Virus record (IMG/VR): IMGVR_UViG_3300036987_000420
Location: 1 to 64,000 of that record
DNA from: a virus
Taxonomy: Duplodnaviria; Caudoviricetes
Reading direction: 5' to 3' (one strand)
DNA: 64,000 bases
Part shown: positions 19,276 through 27,571 of the stretch, one piece after another
How the letters are laid out: each line of letters begins with the position of its first letter
How positions within the stretch are numbered: the first letter of the stretch is position 1
Translations under genes and position numbers: made by a program
The notes under the pieces: generated by a model
What the model was told of the DNA's origin: nothing
The model's input: the letters and a program-made list of their open reading frames with translations, nothing else
Databases searched by the model: none

Positions 19276-19328
19276 ATATTAGGAGCTGCCTAATCAGGCG
19301 TCAAGTGCAAAATTAGCCCGCCCCTAAC
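19276..19328 (-). promoter_or_regulatory. Leftward early promoter PL with operators OL1/OL2
   Basis: Minus strand TTGACG-N17-TAATAT; palindromes ATTAGG-AGCTG-CCTAAT (19278-94) and ATTAGC-CCGCC-CCTAAC (19312-28). Confidence 0.85.
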
Positions 19329-19394
19329 TGTTCGGCCGCGCCGGCCGGCAGCGGCCATCGGTGCGGCGAAGTGCGGCGGACGGGAGGGGTGGGG

Positions 19395-19613
19395 CTACAG
19401 CAGCGCGACGAACTCGTCGGCGGTCAGCTCGGCGGCGCGCAGGATGGCGGCCAGGGTGCCGCGGTCCAGCTCGTGGTGCAGGGGGACGGTGACGGGCGGA
19501 CGGCCCGGACAGGTGAGGCGGGCGTGGCTGCCGCGCTGGCGCGCCACCACGTAGCCGAGGCGGCCCAGCGCGCGGACGCAGACGCGGCCCGAGACGACGG
19601 GCAGCTCGGCCAT
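19395..19613 (-). CDS. hicA: HicA-family mRNA interferase toxin
   Basis: LPVVSGR....AL.RLGY...RQRGSHARL......VTVPLH.ELDRGTLAAILR.A. Confidence 0.93.
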   Translation of the reverse strand: MAELPVVSGRVCVRALGRLGYVVARQRGSHARLTCPGRPPVTVPLHHELDRGTLAAILRAAELTADEFVALL

Positions 19614-19834
19614 CAGGCCGCGACCTCCACCCGCACCACCTCCACCGTGCCGGGCAGCTCCCAGCCCTCGGCGGCGCGGTTCTCGAGGCACAGCGCGATG
19701 GCCTCGCGGATGCCGTCCAGCGCCTCCGCGCGGGTGCGGCCCTGCGAGACGCAGCCGGGGATGACGGGGCAGGTCGCGACGACCCAGCCGTCCTGGCCCG
19801 GGGTGAGGATCACGGGGAGCGACGTCGGCGTCAT
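19613..19834 (-). CDS. hicB: HicB-family antitoxin (short form, no DNA-binding domain)
   Basis: DGWVVATCPVIPGCVSQGRTRAEALDGIREAIALCLE; coupled upstream of hicA. Confidence 0.93.
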   Translation of the reverse strand: MTPTSLPVILTPGQDGWVVATCPVIPGCVSQGRTRAEALDGIREAIALCLENRAAEGWELPGTVEVVRVEVAA

Positions 19835-20043
19835 GGGCACCTCCTCGACCGAGGATAGCGCCCGCACGGCACGGGCGCCAGGGGACGGTGCGGGCGGCAG
19901 CGCGCGGCGACGCGGCGCTCGACGCGCTTCGGGAGCGCCAGCAGGCGCGCGACCTCGGCGTCGGACAGCTCGGCCACGCCCTCCTCCTCAGTCGCCCCGC
20001 CAGCCGCCCGGGCGCCGCAGGCAGGCGCCGCGCGCCCCGCAGA

Positions 20044-20577
20044 TCACGATCCGCGTCGCGTCCGCGTACCGGACCGCCGCCGCGCCGGCGGCTCCTCGAG
20101 GGCCGCGTCGTCCAGGTCCTCGTCCTCCGCCGGGTCCGACGCCGACGGCGCGGGCGGGGCAGGCTGCGCAGCCGGCGGAGAGGGGCGCGGCGAGGTGAGC
20201 GCCGCGGGCGGTGGCGGCGCGTCGGGACGATCCTGGGCGGAGAAGAGCAGCGCCTGGCGCAGCGACTCGGGCAGCGCCAGCACCCAACGGCCGACGTCGA
20301 TCTCGTCTGTAGATGCGCGTCCCGGGCTGTCTGCGAGGCCGACGAGATAGTCCAGCGAGACGTCTAGTGCGCGGGCGAGTGAGACGGCGTTGGGGAGAGA
20401 TGGACAGCTCTCGCCGTGTTCTATTTCCCAAAGGCTGGGCGGCTTTACACCCATCCGTCGGGCGATCTCGGCCTGCGGCACGTCATCACGTGCCTCGACG
20501 ACCCGCTTGCTCAGGATGCGCTTGATCTCGTCCCTGTCCACCCGGCCATCATGCAATCCAACGCCGCGATTTGTCAC
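20044..20577 (-). CDS. cI: CI-like XRE/HTH repressor (no obvious S24 peptidase domain; start uncertain)
   Basis: VPQAEIARRMGVKPPSLWEIEHGESCPSLPNAVSLARALDVSLDYLVG; divergent from cro. Confidence 0.85.
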   Translation of the reverse strand: MTNRGVGLHDGRVDRDEIKRILSKRVVEARDDVPQAEIARRMGVKPPSLWEIEHGESCPSLPNAVSLARALDVSLDYLVGLADSPGRASTDEIDVGRWVLALPESLRQALLFSAQDRPDAPPPPAALTSPRPSPPAAQPAPPAPSASDPAEDEDLDDAALEEPPARRRSGTRTRRGS

Positions 20578-20616
20578 GTGTATTAGGCGCAGCCGCGAGG
20601 CCGCGCGACCTTGCTC

Positions 20617-20645
20617 TTGACGAATTAGGCGTTCCCTAATAGCAT
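20617..20645 (+). promoter_or_regulatory. Rightward early promoter PR with operator OR
   Basis: TTGACG-N17-TAGCAT; palindrome ATTAGG-CGTTC-CCTAAT (20624-40) between -35 and -10; extra half-site ATTAGG at 20582. Confidence 0.85.
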
Positions 20646-20665
20646 GTCGTCCCGTGGAGGTCCCC

Positions 20666-20995
20666 ATGGAGCAGCACCCTATCGCGCGCTGGCGCGCCCT
20701 CGCCCCGCCGGTCTCCCAGGCCGCGCTGGCGCGGGAGATCGGCATCGCGCAGCCGTCGCTCTGGTCGATCGAGCGGGGCGCGACGCAGCCCTCGGCCAAC
20801 ACCGTCCGCGCGCTGGTCGCGGCGACCGAGCGGCTGCGGCCGGGCCGCGGCCTGTCCGCCGGGCAGATCCTCGGCACCGAGCTGTCTCCGTCCCCTCAGA
20901 GCGAGGAGGCATCGGCCGCGGCGAGCTCGCCGGCCGCGGCGAGCGCCCGCCCGGACCCTATCGAGGCCGCCGCGGCGGCCGAGGAAGCAGCCTGA
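20666..20995 (+). CDS. cro: Cro-like HTH protein
   Basis: VSQAALAREIGIAQPSLWSIERGATQPS; GGAGG RBS; first gene after PR. Confidence 0.85.
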   Translation: MEQHPIARWRALAPPVSQAALAREIGIAQPSLWSIERGATQPSANTVRALVAATERLRPGRGLSAGQILGTELSPSPQSEEASAAASSPAAASARPDPIEAAAAAEEAA

Positions 20996-20996
20996 G

Positions 20997-21278
20997 ATGA
21001 GCACGACCAACGACCACGAGTTCAAGACCCTCAGCCCCGAGCACACCTTCTCCGACGCGTTCGTGGGGGCGCAGCGCCGCGAGATCGGCCCGCGCGCCGA
21101 CACCTCCGTGGACGAACGCATGGATGCGCGCCTCGCCGCTCTCGGCGTCCGGATCGACCTGGTGCGCCAGACGAAGGCGCTGCTCCAGTTCCTCGGCAAG
21201 AACCGGTTGCGGATGGAGTTCCGCTTCGTCGTCGACGAAGGCTCTCGGCCTCAGTCGAGCGGGGAGAGCGGGTCGTAG
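20997..21278 (+). CDS. Hypothetical protein
   Basis: GAGGAAG RBS, follows cro. Confidence 0.55.
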   Translation: MSTTNDHEFKTLSPEHTFSDAFVGAQRREIGPRADTSVDERMDARLAALGVRIDLVRQTKALLQFLGKNRLRMEFRFVVDEGSRPQSSGESGS

Positions 21279-21307
21279 TCCTCCGGCTGCCCTGCTGCGC
21301 CAGGCGG

Positions 21308-21439
21308 CTAGATTCGCTGGAATGCCTCCTCGATGGAGGCGACGAGGTCCTTCGCATGCCGGGCGGCCTCCTCCTTCGTGGCCTTGCCGGTGGCGTACAG
21401 GATGACGGCCGCGAGGACGTCCAGTTGGCTCGAGGTCAT
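21308..21439 (-). CDS. Small counter-oriented protein (43 aa)
   Basis: GGAGGGG RBS within the IR cassette; MTSSQLDVLAAVILYATG... Confidence 0.55.
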   Translation of the reverse strand: MTSSQLDVLAAVILYATGKATKEEAARHAKDLVASIEEAFQRI

Positions 21440-21443
21440 GGTT

Positions 21444-21494
21444 CCCCTCCGTGGTGCGGTTGTTGGGTCGCACCGCGACGGTACCACGGAGGGG
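21444..21494. promoter_or_regulatory. Inverted-repeat cassette 1 (12-bp arms, 27-nt loop) with minus-strand extended -10
   Basis: CCCCTCCGTGGT / ACCACGGAGGGG; minus strand TG-G-TACCGT. Confidence 0.7.
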
Positions 21495-21543
21495 ATCCTT
21501 CTTGGGATGCGGACCGACATGGCGGTCGAGGAGGATGCCTGAG

Positions 21544-22005
21544 ATGAACGAGCAGGTCGAACGTAGCCCGGGGCAGCCCGTGCCGGGCCGGTCACCGCGA
21601 CGGTGGCACAACGTCCCGTACGCGAGACGCGTGCGCGACGATGAACCGGTAGGGAAGACGTACTTCGTCCTGCGGGACAGGTACCCGCTCTTCCATCTAT
21701 GGGTCGCGTACGGCCGTATCGAACGGCGCGTCGAGTCGCTACTTGCCGCTGCCTCGCGGCTCGTCGGCGTCGGTGACCTTCCGGGCGAACGGTGGCTGTG
21801 GGCCCTGTCGGACCACCTGAGCTCCGCGCTGTACCAGTTTGCGGTGGAGGTTCGCCCTGGCTTCGGCGACCCGCGCCATGCCGGCGGGAAGGTCGAACTG
21901 CACGGCGCAGTGCGGGCAGGCGAGCAGGCCGGCGCCGACGTCCTCGGGACGGATCCTGACGGTCTCCCCGCACGCGGGGCACGGCTGTTCCAGGAACTCG
22001 AGTGA
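21544..22005 (+). CDS. Hypothetical protein (3' half overlaps an antisense zinc-ribbon ORF)
   Basis: GAGGAGG RBS. Confidence 0.45.
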   Translation: MNEQVERSPGQPVPGRSPRRWHNVPYARRVRDDEPVGKTYFVLRDRYPLFHLWVAYGRIERRVESLLAAASRLVGVGDLPGERWLWALSDHLSSALYQFAVEVRPGFGDPRHAGGKVELHGAVRAGEQAGADVLGTDPDGLPARGARLFQELE

Positions 22006-22008
22006 CAT
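21739..22008 (-). CDS. Zinc-ribbon protein, counter-oriented
   Basis: CPACG...CPHC; GGAAGGGG RBS in IR cassette 2. Confidence 0.65.
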   Translation of the reverse strand: MSLEFLEQPCPACGETVRIRPEDVGAGLLACPHCAVQFDLPAGMARVAEARANLHRKLVQRGAQVVRQGPQPPFARKVTDADEPRGSGK

Positions 22009-22015
22009 GGTCTGT

Positions 22016-22068
22016 CCCCTTCCGTGGTGTGGTTGCTGGTTGGCGCCGCGACTGTACCACGGAAGGGG
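22016..22068. promoter_or_regulatory. Inverted-repeat cassette 2 (13-bp arms, 27-nt loop) with minus-strand extended -10
   Basis: CCCCTTCCGTGGT / ACCACGGAAGGGG; loop similar to cassette 1; minus strand TG-G-TACAGT. Confidence 0.7.
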
Positions 22069-22089
22069 GCTTTCGGAAGGTGGGCTGAC

Positions 22090-22251
22090 GTGAACGGGTA
22101 CACCGCGCTCTTCCTCGTGATCGCGCTCCTGACCGGCGGCTGGTCCGTCGCCGAGACGCTCCGGCGGCGGCGCCGTCGGACTCGCCCGGCGAACGTCCCG
22201 TCGGCGCAGCTTGCTGCCGTTCTCCGGGACCAGCAGGTCCGGCAGGCCTGA
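22090..22251 (+). CDS. Small single-TM membrane protein
   Basis: YTALFLVIALLTGGWSVA followed by an Arg run; GGAAGG RBS. Confidence 0.55.
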   Translation: MNGYTALFLVIALLTGGWSVAETLRRRRRRTRPANVPSAQLAAVLRDQQVRQA

Positions 22252-22384
22252 ACGAACTCGCGGGCCCGGGCGCCGCCGGGGCTCGTCACAGCAGTGGACT
22301 CTGGGGCGGCAGGCACACCGCTCCACCTGGCACTGAGGTGCCCCGATGTTCACGGTCGACGCGCTGCGCTCGCTCGGGATCCGG

Positions 22385-22720
22385 TCAATCCGGACCCGGT
22401 TCTATCGGTCCATTGTCGCCGTCTTCGATCGCCTCGACATCCTGCTCGGTCGTCCCGACCAGCTGCAGCCCGGCGGATGCCCGGGCGAGCGCCAGCATTT
22501 CGGCGCCGTAGCGGACCGACGGACCGCGCGCCACCTGACGTTCGAGGTGTTCGACGCGGTCCGCCGGTGTGACCCGGCGGCACCAGGGGCAGCGGACGCC
22601 ATCCCCTACCTGAAGTTCGGCCTGCGACACCACGAAGGTTCGGCCGCAGCCGTCGGCGCAGCGCAGGTGGGCGCGGCGGTGAGTGCGCAGGGGCGGGCGC
22701 GGGTGGTCGGTCGAACCCAT
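22385..22720 (-). CDS. Zinc-ribbon protein, counter-oriented
   Basis: CADGCG...CPWC; AGGAG RBS 7 nt before ATG. Confidence 0.5.
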   Translation of the reverse strand: MGSTDHPRPPLRTHRRAHLRCADGCGRTFVVSQAELQVGDGVRCPWCRRVTPADRVEHLERQVARGPSVRYGAEMLALARASAGLQLVGTTEQDVEAIEDGDNGPIEPGPD

Positions 22721-22847
22721 CGAGTGGCTCCTGCGCAACGCTCGTGTCGAACGTTCTGCGTGATTCTCGGTGCGTTGCTGCCGAGCATGCCAGGGAGCGC
22801 CGTGGACTTCACGCAGGATCGCAGCCGCCGGCTGCATGGAGCACAGC

Positions 22848-23387
22848 ATGCAGCCTGACGCCTCGCTGCCCGTGCTGCGCGAACTGCGCGGTCTCATCGA
22901 CGATGCGCGACTCCGCGCCTGGTTGGAAGACGAGTTCGGGATCGACTCGGGTGGCGCGAGTCGCATCCTGCGCGCGGAGCGCGACGACGGGCAGGCGACA
23001 CGTCCGACCGTCGGCCTCCTCGAGGCCGTGCTGCAACGGGCACTGGAAGACCGGGATGCGAACGGCCGGCGCTCCCGGATCGAGGCGTTGTTGTCGGCCC
23101 TGGTCGGCGGCCGGGCCGTCCGCCTTGCCACCGCCGGCCCAGCGGTGCCGCTCTCCGTCACGCCCACGCAGGTCCTCGACGCCGCGGCGGCGGGTGCCAT
23201 GCCGCTCGCGACGGTCATCGACCGCGTGCGCCGGGCCGTCGCCGACGGCCGCATCGACACCAGCGAGCTGCGCGACATCCGGCAGGCAGCGGCGGCGCTC
23301 AAGGCCGCCGTCTGCCTCGTCGAGCAGACGGCCGAGGCCGCTGCACGGCAGGCCGGGCGCGAATCCAATCATCTGCGGAGGAGGTGA
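22848..23387 (+). CDS. CII/CP76-like phage regulatory protein (tentative)
   Basis: Position after cro; C-terminal A.ADGRID.SEL..I pattern typical of CII-like proteins. Confidence 0.55.
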   Translation: MQPDASLPVLRELRGLIDDARLRAWLEDEFGIDSGGASRILRAERDDGQATRPTVGLLEAVLQRALEDRDANGRRSRIEALLSALVGGRAVRLATAGPAVPLSVTPTQVLDAAAAGAMPLATVIDRVRRAVADGRIDTSELRDIRQAAAALKAAVCLVEQTAEAAARQAGRESNHLRRR

Positions 23388-23390
23388 ATC

Positions 23391-24329
23391 ATGCGTGATC
23401 TGGAAGACCTGACCGTCGAGGTGGGGCCCATCACCGTCGGCAAGCCCGACAAGGACGGGGCCGTGATGGTGACCCTCGCCGTCGAGGCGATCGTCATCCC
23501 CGAAAAGCTGGACGCTCTCGGCTACCCGCTGCCGTCGTTCGTCGGCGACGAAGGCCGGTGCGTCAAGAAGATCGTCACCACGGGGGCGCTCGGCAAGGGC
23601 GGCACGGCCGGGGCGCACGTCACGTTCCGGGACGAGGCCGGTCACCCGGTCGAGCTCGACGCCGACGTCGCAGGCCTCGACTACGTGGTCAAGGAGGGCC
23701 TGCCGTACCTCGTCGCGAAGCTCCAGACGCGCCGCGACGTCGTGTGCCTCGACACGCTGGCCGCGCTCGTCGACCAGGCGGTCACCTTCGACCTCACGTG
23801 GCTCCAGCGCGAGCTCGACTTCGGGGGCGACATCGACCGCAACCGCAACAGCCGGAAGAAGGCGAAGCAGGGGAAGCTCGTCGCCATCTTCGGAAGCGGC
23901 AAGCGCGGCCCGCGCGACCCGGAGATCGAGACGCTGCTCGCCGACGCCGCGAAGCGCGAGCAGGCGACGCGCATCGTGTTCCGCCTCGCCGATCTGGCCG
24001 AGGACCCGGAGCGCGGCAAGGTTGCGCTCGGGGCCCTCTACGACGCCGTGCGCCGCGACCCGGACAACACCGCGCTTTCCGCGGCCCGCGACTTCCTTGC
24101 CGAGCAGCTCCGGCTGAAGGGCATCGTCGAGGCCGCGACCGTCCGCGGCAGGTCGTCGCGGCGCGCGGCGGCCGACAAGGCCCGCGACCACCTCGTCGAC
24201 CTCGGCACCCGCAACGGCGGGACGATGACGGTCGAGTTCAACGGCCAGTCGACGACGTTCACCGCAGAGGACGGAGACGCCGCGCGGGCGCGCCTCGAGG
24301 ACGTCGACCCCGTCGGCGGGGTGCAGTAG
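23391..24329 (+). CDS. Hypothetical phage protein
   Basis: GGAGGAGG RBS; high GC3 coding pattern. Confidence 0.75.
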   Translation: MRDLEDLTVEVGPITVGKPDKDGAVMVTLAVEAIVIPEKLDALGYPLPSFVGDEGRCVKKIVTTGALGKGGTAGAHVTFRDEAGHPVELDADVAGLDYVVKEGLPYLVAKLQTRRDVVCLDTLAALVDQAVTFDLTWLQRELDFGGDIDRNRNSRKKAKQGKLVAIFGSGKRGPRDPEIETLLADAAKREQATRIVFRLADLAEDPERGKVALGALYDAVRRDPDNTALSAARDFLAEQLRLKGIVEAATVRGRSSRRAAADKARDHLVDLGTRNGGTMTVEFNGQSTTFTAEDGDAARARLEDVDPVGGVQ

Positions 24330-24331
24330 CC

Positions 24332-25822
24332 GTGCGCCTGGTCGTCGACAGCGTCGTGCGTTTCCGCACGGCCGGCGCGCTGCCGGCGTTCCTCGGTGCG
24401 CTCCGGTCCGCGCTGACCTGGGACAACCCGGCGCACGCGAAGCTGGAGCGCCTCGGGAAGTCGACCTGGGACACGCCCCGCGAGGTCACCTGCTACGAGG
24501 AGCGCGACGGCGTCTGCCGCATCCCGCGCGGCGCCCTCGGAACGCTCCGCGATCTCGCGGCACGGCACCGCGTCCCGCTGCTCGTCGATGACCGGCGCGT
24601 CGTCCGGCCGCCGGTCCAGCTCGCCGCGGCTGGGACCCCCCGCGACTACCAGGCCGACGCCGCCGACGCGATGCTGGCGTGCGACGACGGCGTCGTCTGC
24701 ATGCCGTGCGGCGGCGGCAAGACGCGCACCGCCGGGTGGGCGCTCGCCGCCCTGCGGCAGCCGACGCTCGTGCTCGTGCACACCCGTGACCTGGCCGAGC
24801 AGTGGTGCGACGTGGCCGGCGACGTCCTCGGCGTCGACCCCGGGCGGATCGGCTGCGGGCGGCGCCACGCCGGCGACGGGCGCCTCACCGTCGCGACCGT
24901 GCAGACACTCGCGAAGATGGACGCGCCGGCGCTGTTCGACCTCGGTCGCAGTTTCGGTGTCGTCGTACTCGACGAGGCCCATCACGCTCCCGCGACCACG
25001 TTCTCGGGCGTGCTGTCGGCGCTGCCGGCCCGCTACCGCTTCGGGCTCACGGCCACGCCGGAGCGCGAGGACGGCCTCGAGCCGCTGCTCTACGCGACCA
25101 TCGGCCCCATTCGCTACCGCATCGGCTACGGCGAGCTGCTGTCGCACGACCCGCCGTACCTCGTCCGTCCCGAGATCCGCACCATCCGGACGGCGTTCCG
25201 CTACACCTGGGACCAGCGCGACGAGGAGGCGAAGGGCGACGCGCGGCGGGACTGGCACACGATGGCGACGGCCATCGTCGAGGATGCCCGCCGCAACGCG
25301 ACCATCGTCGACCTGGTCGCCGAGGAGGCGCAGGCGGGGCACTGCGTGCTCGTGCTCTCCGGCCGCGTGCAGCACTGCGTCGACCTGCGGGATGCGCTGC
25401 GCGCCCGGGGCGTGCGCGCCGCCGAGCTGACCGGCGACGCGAAGCTCACCCCGGCGAAACGCCGTCGCGAGGTCCTCCAGGACTTCCGCGAGGGCCGACT
25501 CGACGTCGTCTGCTCGTCGACCGTCGCCGACGAGGGTCTCGACGTCCCGCGCATCGACCGGCTGGTACTCGCGTTCCCATCGAAGGCCGAGGGTCGGATT
25601 ACACAGCGCATCGGACGTGCGATGAGACTGGCGCCCGGCAAGTCGGATGCCGTCGTGTACGACATTGCAGACCCACTTGTTGAGTACATCGTGGACGACG
25701 GTCGCAAGACAGTCAACGTCTTGCGGAACCAACACACGAAGCGGATGCGGCTGTACCGCGCGCTGCTCGACGAGTGCGGCGTCGACGCGCGGCAGGGGCT
25801 GCTCGAGCTGGAGGCGGCGTGA
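24332..25822 (+). CDS. SF2 DEAD/DEAH-box (ResIII-like) helicase
   Basis: RDYQ Q-motif, MPCGGGKT, VVLDEAHH, GLTATPER.DG, DEGLDVP, QRIGRAMR. Confidence 0.93.
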   Translation: MRLVVDSVVRFRTAGALPAFLGALRSALTWDNPAHAKLERLGKSTWDTPREVTCYEERDGVCRIPRGALGTLRDLAARHRVPLLVDDRRVVRPPVQLAAAGTPRDYQADAADAMLACDDGVVCMPCGGGKTRTAGWALAALRQPTLVLVHTRDLAEQWCDVAGDVLGVDPGRIGCGRRHAGDGRLTVATVQTLAKMDAPALFDLGRSFGVVVLDEAHHAPATTFSGVLSALPARYRFGLTATPEREDGLEPLLYATIGPIRYRIGYGELLSHDPPYLVRPEIRTIRTAFRYTWDQRDEEAKGDARRDWHTMATAIVEDARRNATIVDLVAEEAQAGHCVLVLSGRVQHCVDLRDALRARGVRAAELTGDAKLTPAKRRREVLQDFREGRLDVVCSSTVADEGLDVPRIDRLVLAFPSKAEGRITQRIGRAMRLAPGKSDAVVYDIADPLVEYIVDDGRKTVNVLRNQHTKRMRLYRALLDECGVDARQGLLELEAA

Positions 25823-26526
25823 GGCGCGCGGCGGACAACGCGAAGGCGCGGTGGACGGATGTGTCCGCCGTTGTCTACTCCGCGCACTCCGGGCTCACGC
25901 CGAACGCCCGGCAGCTTCTCGGCGCGCTGCATTGGCGCGCTGACGGGCGGACCGGCGTCGGACGGCGCAGCAACGACCGCCTCGCCGAGGACTGCGGCTG
26001 GGGCGATCGGCGGACGGTTCAGCGCACCTGGCCCGAGTTGGAGGCCGCCGGCCTCGTCCGACGCGGCGATGCGCGCGTCGGCTCCCTGCCATACGAAATC
26101 GACCGGGACGCCGTTTCTGCGCTTGCGGAGCGGGTCCGCGCCGCCGAGGGTGTGACACCGAGTCGCAGTGCGACAGGGAGTCGCAGTGCGACACGGTGTC
26201 ACGCAGGGGTGACACGGTGTCACCCCAGGTGTGACACCGTGTCGCACGATCCGGTGTTCTCTCCGGAGGATCTATCCGATCCCCCCCTGGGAGCCCCCCC
26301 CGCAAGCGGGGGGAGCGGCCCCCGGAAGGCTGCGCCTTCCTTCCCGGCCGGCCGGCCGGACGTTGCCCAGCCCGAGCGCCCTGCTCGCCACCGGCGGGGC
26401 CGTGCCGACGACGGCACAGACCAACGACTGCGCGAACTCGAGGAACAAGAGCCGGGCTCAACCGCGCGCGCCGTCGCCGCGGTGTTCCCGAACGGGTTGC
26501 GCGAACTGGCTGGAGGTGCGCCGTGA
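25819..26526 (+). CDS. Phage replication initiator (lambda O-like, N-terminal wHTH)
   Basis: LTPNARQLLGAL...SNDRLAEDCGWGDRRTVQR...LEAAGLV; internal iterons. Confidence 0.75.
   Translation: MRRAADNAKARWTDVSAVVYSAHSGLTPNARQLLGALHWRADGRTGVGRRSNDRLAEDCGWGDRRTVQRTWPELEAAGLVRRGDARVGSLPYEIDRDAVSALAERVRAAEGVTPSRSATGSRSATRCHAGVTRCHPRCDTVSHDPVFSPEDLSDPPLGAPPASGGSGPRKAAPSFPAGRPDVAQPERPARHRRGRADDGTDQRLRELEEQEPGSTARAVAAVFPNGLRELAGGAP
26152..26245. repeat. Five 15-bp palindromic iterons (putative phage origin)
   Basis: GYGACAsnGwGTCRC at 26152, 26170, 26188, 26209, 26231 (spacing 18, 18, 21, 22). Confidence 0.8.
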
Positions 26527-27335
26527 CCGAGCAGGAGTTCGCCGCGGGTTGGAAGCTGCTGATGTCGAACCCGTGGCCGAAGGAGCCGCCACAGGGCGCC
26601 AAGGGGCTGTTCTTCGGCGCCGTCGCGCACCTGACCGCCGAGCAGTGGGGGCGGACGGTGCAGGCCGTGCTGCGGGCCTGCACGCACTTTCCGGCGATGG
26701 CCGAGCTGTTGAAGCACGTCCCGGGGGCGCCCGTCGGCAGCGCGACCGACGCTGAGTCCGCCTGGGAGCGCGTCTGTCGCAGCGCGCGCAGCGGGCCGCG
26801 CGGCCCCTACTCGCCGGCATCCGGCTCGCCGCCATCGGGTGCCGACCTCGACGAGCGCACGCTGGCCGCCGGCCGCAGCGTCGGCCTGCGGCGCATCGAG
26901 GCGGCGCTGTACGCGAACACCCCCGACGCCATCGGCTACGTCCGCCGCGACTTCCTCGCCGCCTGGGAGGCGCACCGAGACGCCGACCGCGCCGGCGTGC
27001 TGACCCCGTCGCAGGCCGACGTCCGCCGGCAGCTCGACGCGGCCCCGGAGCGGCTGGCCCTGCCGCCGGCGTTCAGCGACGCCGAGCGCGTGGCCAACGC
27101 GCGGCGCATCGCCGGCCTGCTCGGCGAGGCGCTCACCGACTCGCCGCCGTCGGCCCAGGACCCGCCCGACGTCGCCGGCCGCTACCAGCGTGCGCTCGAC
27201 GGGGCCGACGAGGTGCCGGCCGAGGTGCGCGCCGCGGACAGCAGTCAGCAGCGCCTCGACCAGCGCGAGCGGTTCCGGCAGTGGCAGGCGGAGTTCGAAG
27301 CGCGGCAGGCCGCCGCGGACGGGAGGGCAGCGTGA
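26523..27335 (+). CDS. Helicase loader/inhibitor-like replication protein (lambda P position)
   Basis: MTEQEF...LL...P...W...V...LRACTHFPAMAEL...AESAWE.V; coupled to the initiator. Confidence 0.6.
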   Translation: MTEQEFAAGWKLLMSNPWPKEPPQGAKGLFFGAVAHLTAEQWGRTVQAVLRACTHFPAMAELLKHVPGAPVGSATDAESAWERVCRSARSGPRGPYSPASGSPPSGADLDERTLAAGRSVGLRRIEAALYANTPDAIGYVRRDFLAAWEAHRDADRAGVLTPSQADVRRQLDAAPERLALPPAFSDAERVANARRIAGLLGEALTDSPPSAQDPPDVAGRYQRALDGADEVPAEVRAADSSQQRLDQRERFRQWQAEFEARQAAADGRAA

Positions 27336-27571
27336 TGGCGCCCCGGGATGCCGACCACCCGAGCCGAGACCCTCGCGTCCTGCGCTGCGCCGCCGTGCGC
27401 CAGCCACGCGAGGCCGCGGCGCTGCTGCGGGCCGCCGCCCAGACGATGCGGGACCTCGGGCGCCCGGACCTCGAGGAGGCCGCCGTGCTCGTCGCGGCGA
27501 ACGTCGAGCTGCTCACCAGCCAGGTCGCCCGCGAGCTGCGGGCCGCCGTTTTGGTCGGAGGCGATGCATGA
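27335..27571 (+). CDS. Hypothetical protein
   Basis: Coupled start, GGGAGGG RBS. Confidence 0.5.
   Translation: MAPRDADHPSRDPRVLRCAAVRQPREAAALLRAAAQTMRDLGRPDLEEAAVLVAANVELLTSQVARELRAAVLVGGDA

Noticed and set aside
16287-19316. 1009-aa plus-strand ORF
   Set aside because: Shadow of minus-strand genes; Arg/Pro/Ala-rich, no motifs, typical high-GC artefact.
26152-26245. Mini CRISPR-like array in the replication gene
   Set aside because: Units are nearly adjacent (3-7 nt gaps) 15-bp palindromes with no spacers; they fit iterons better.
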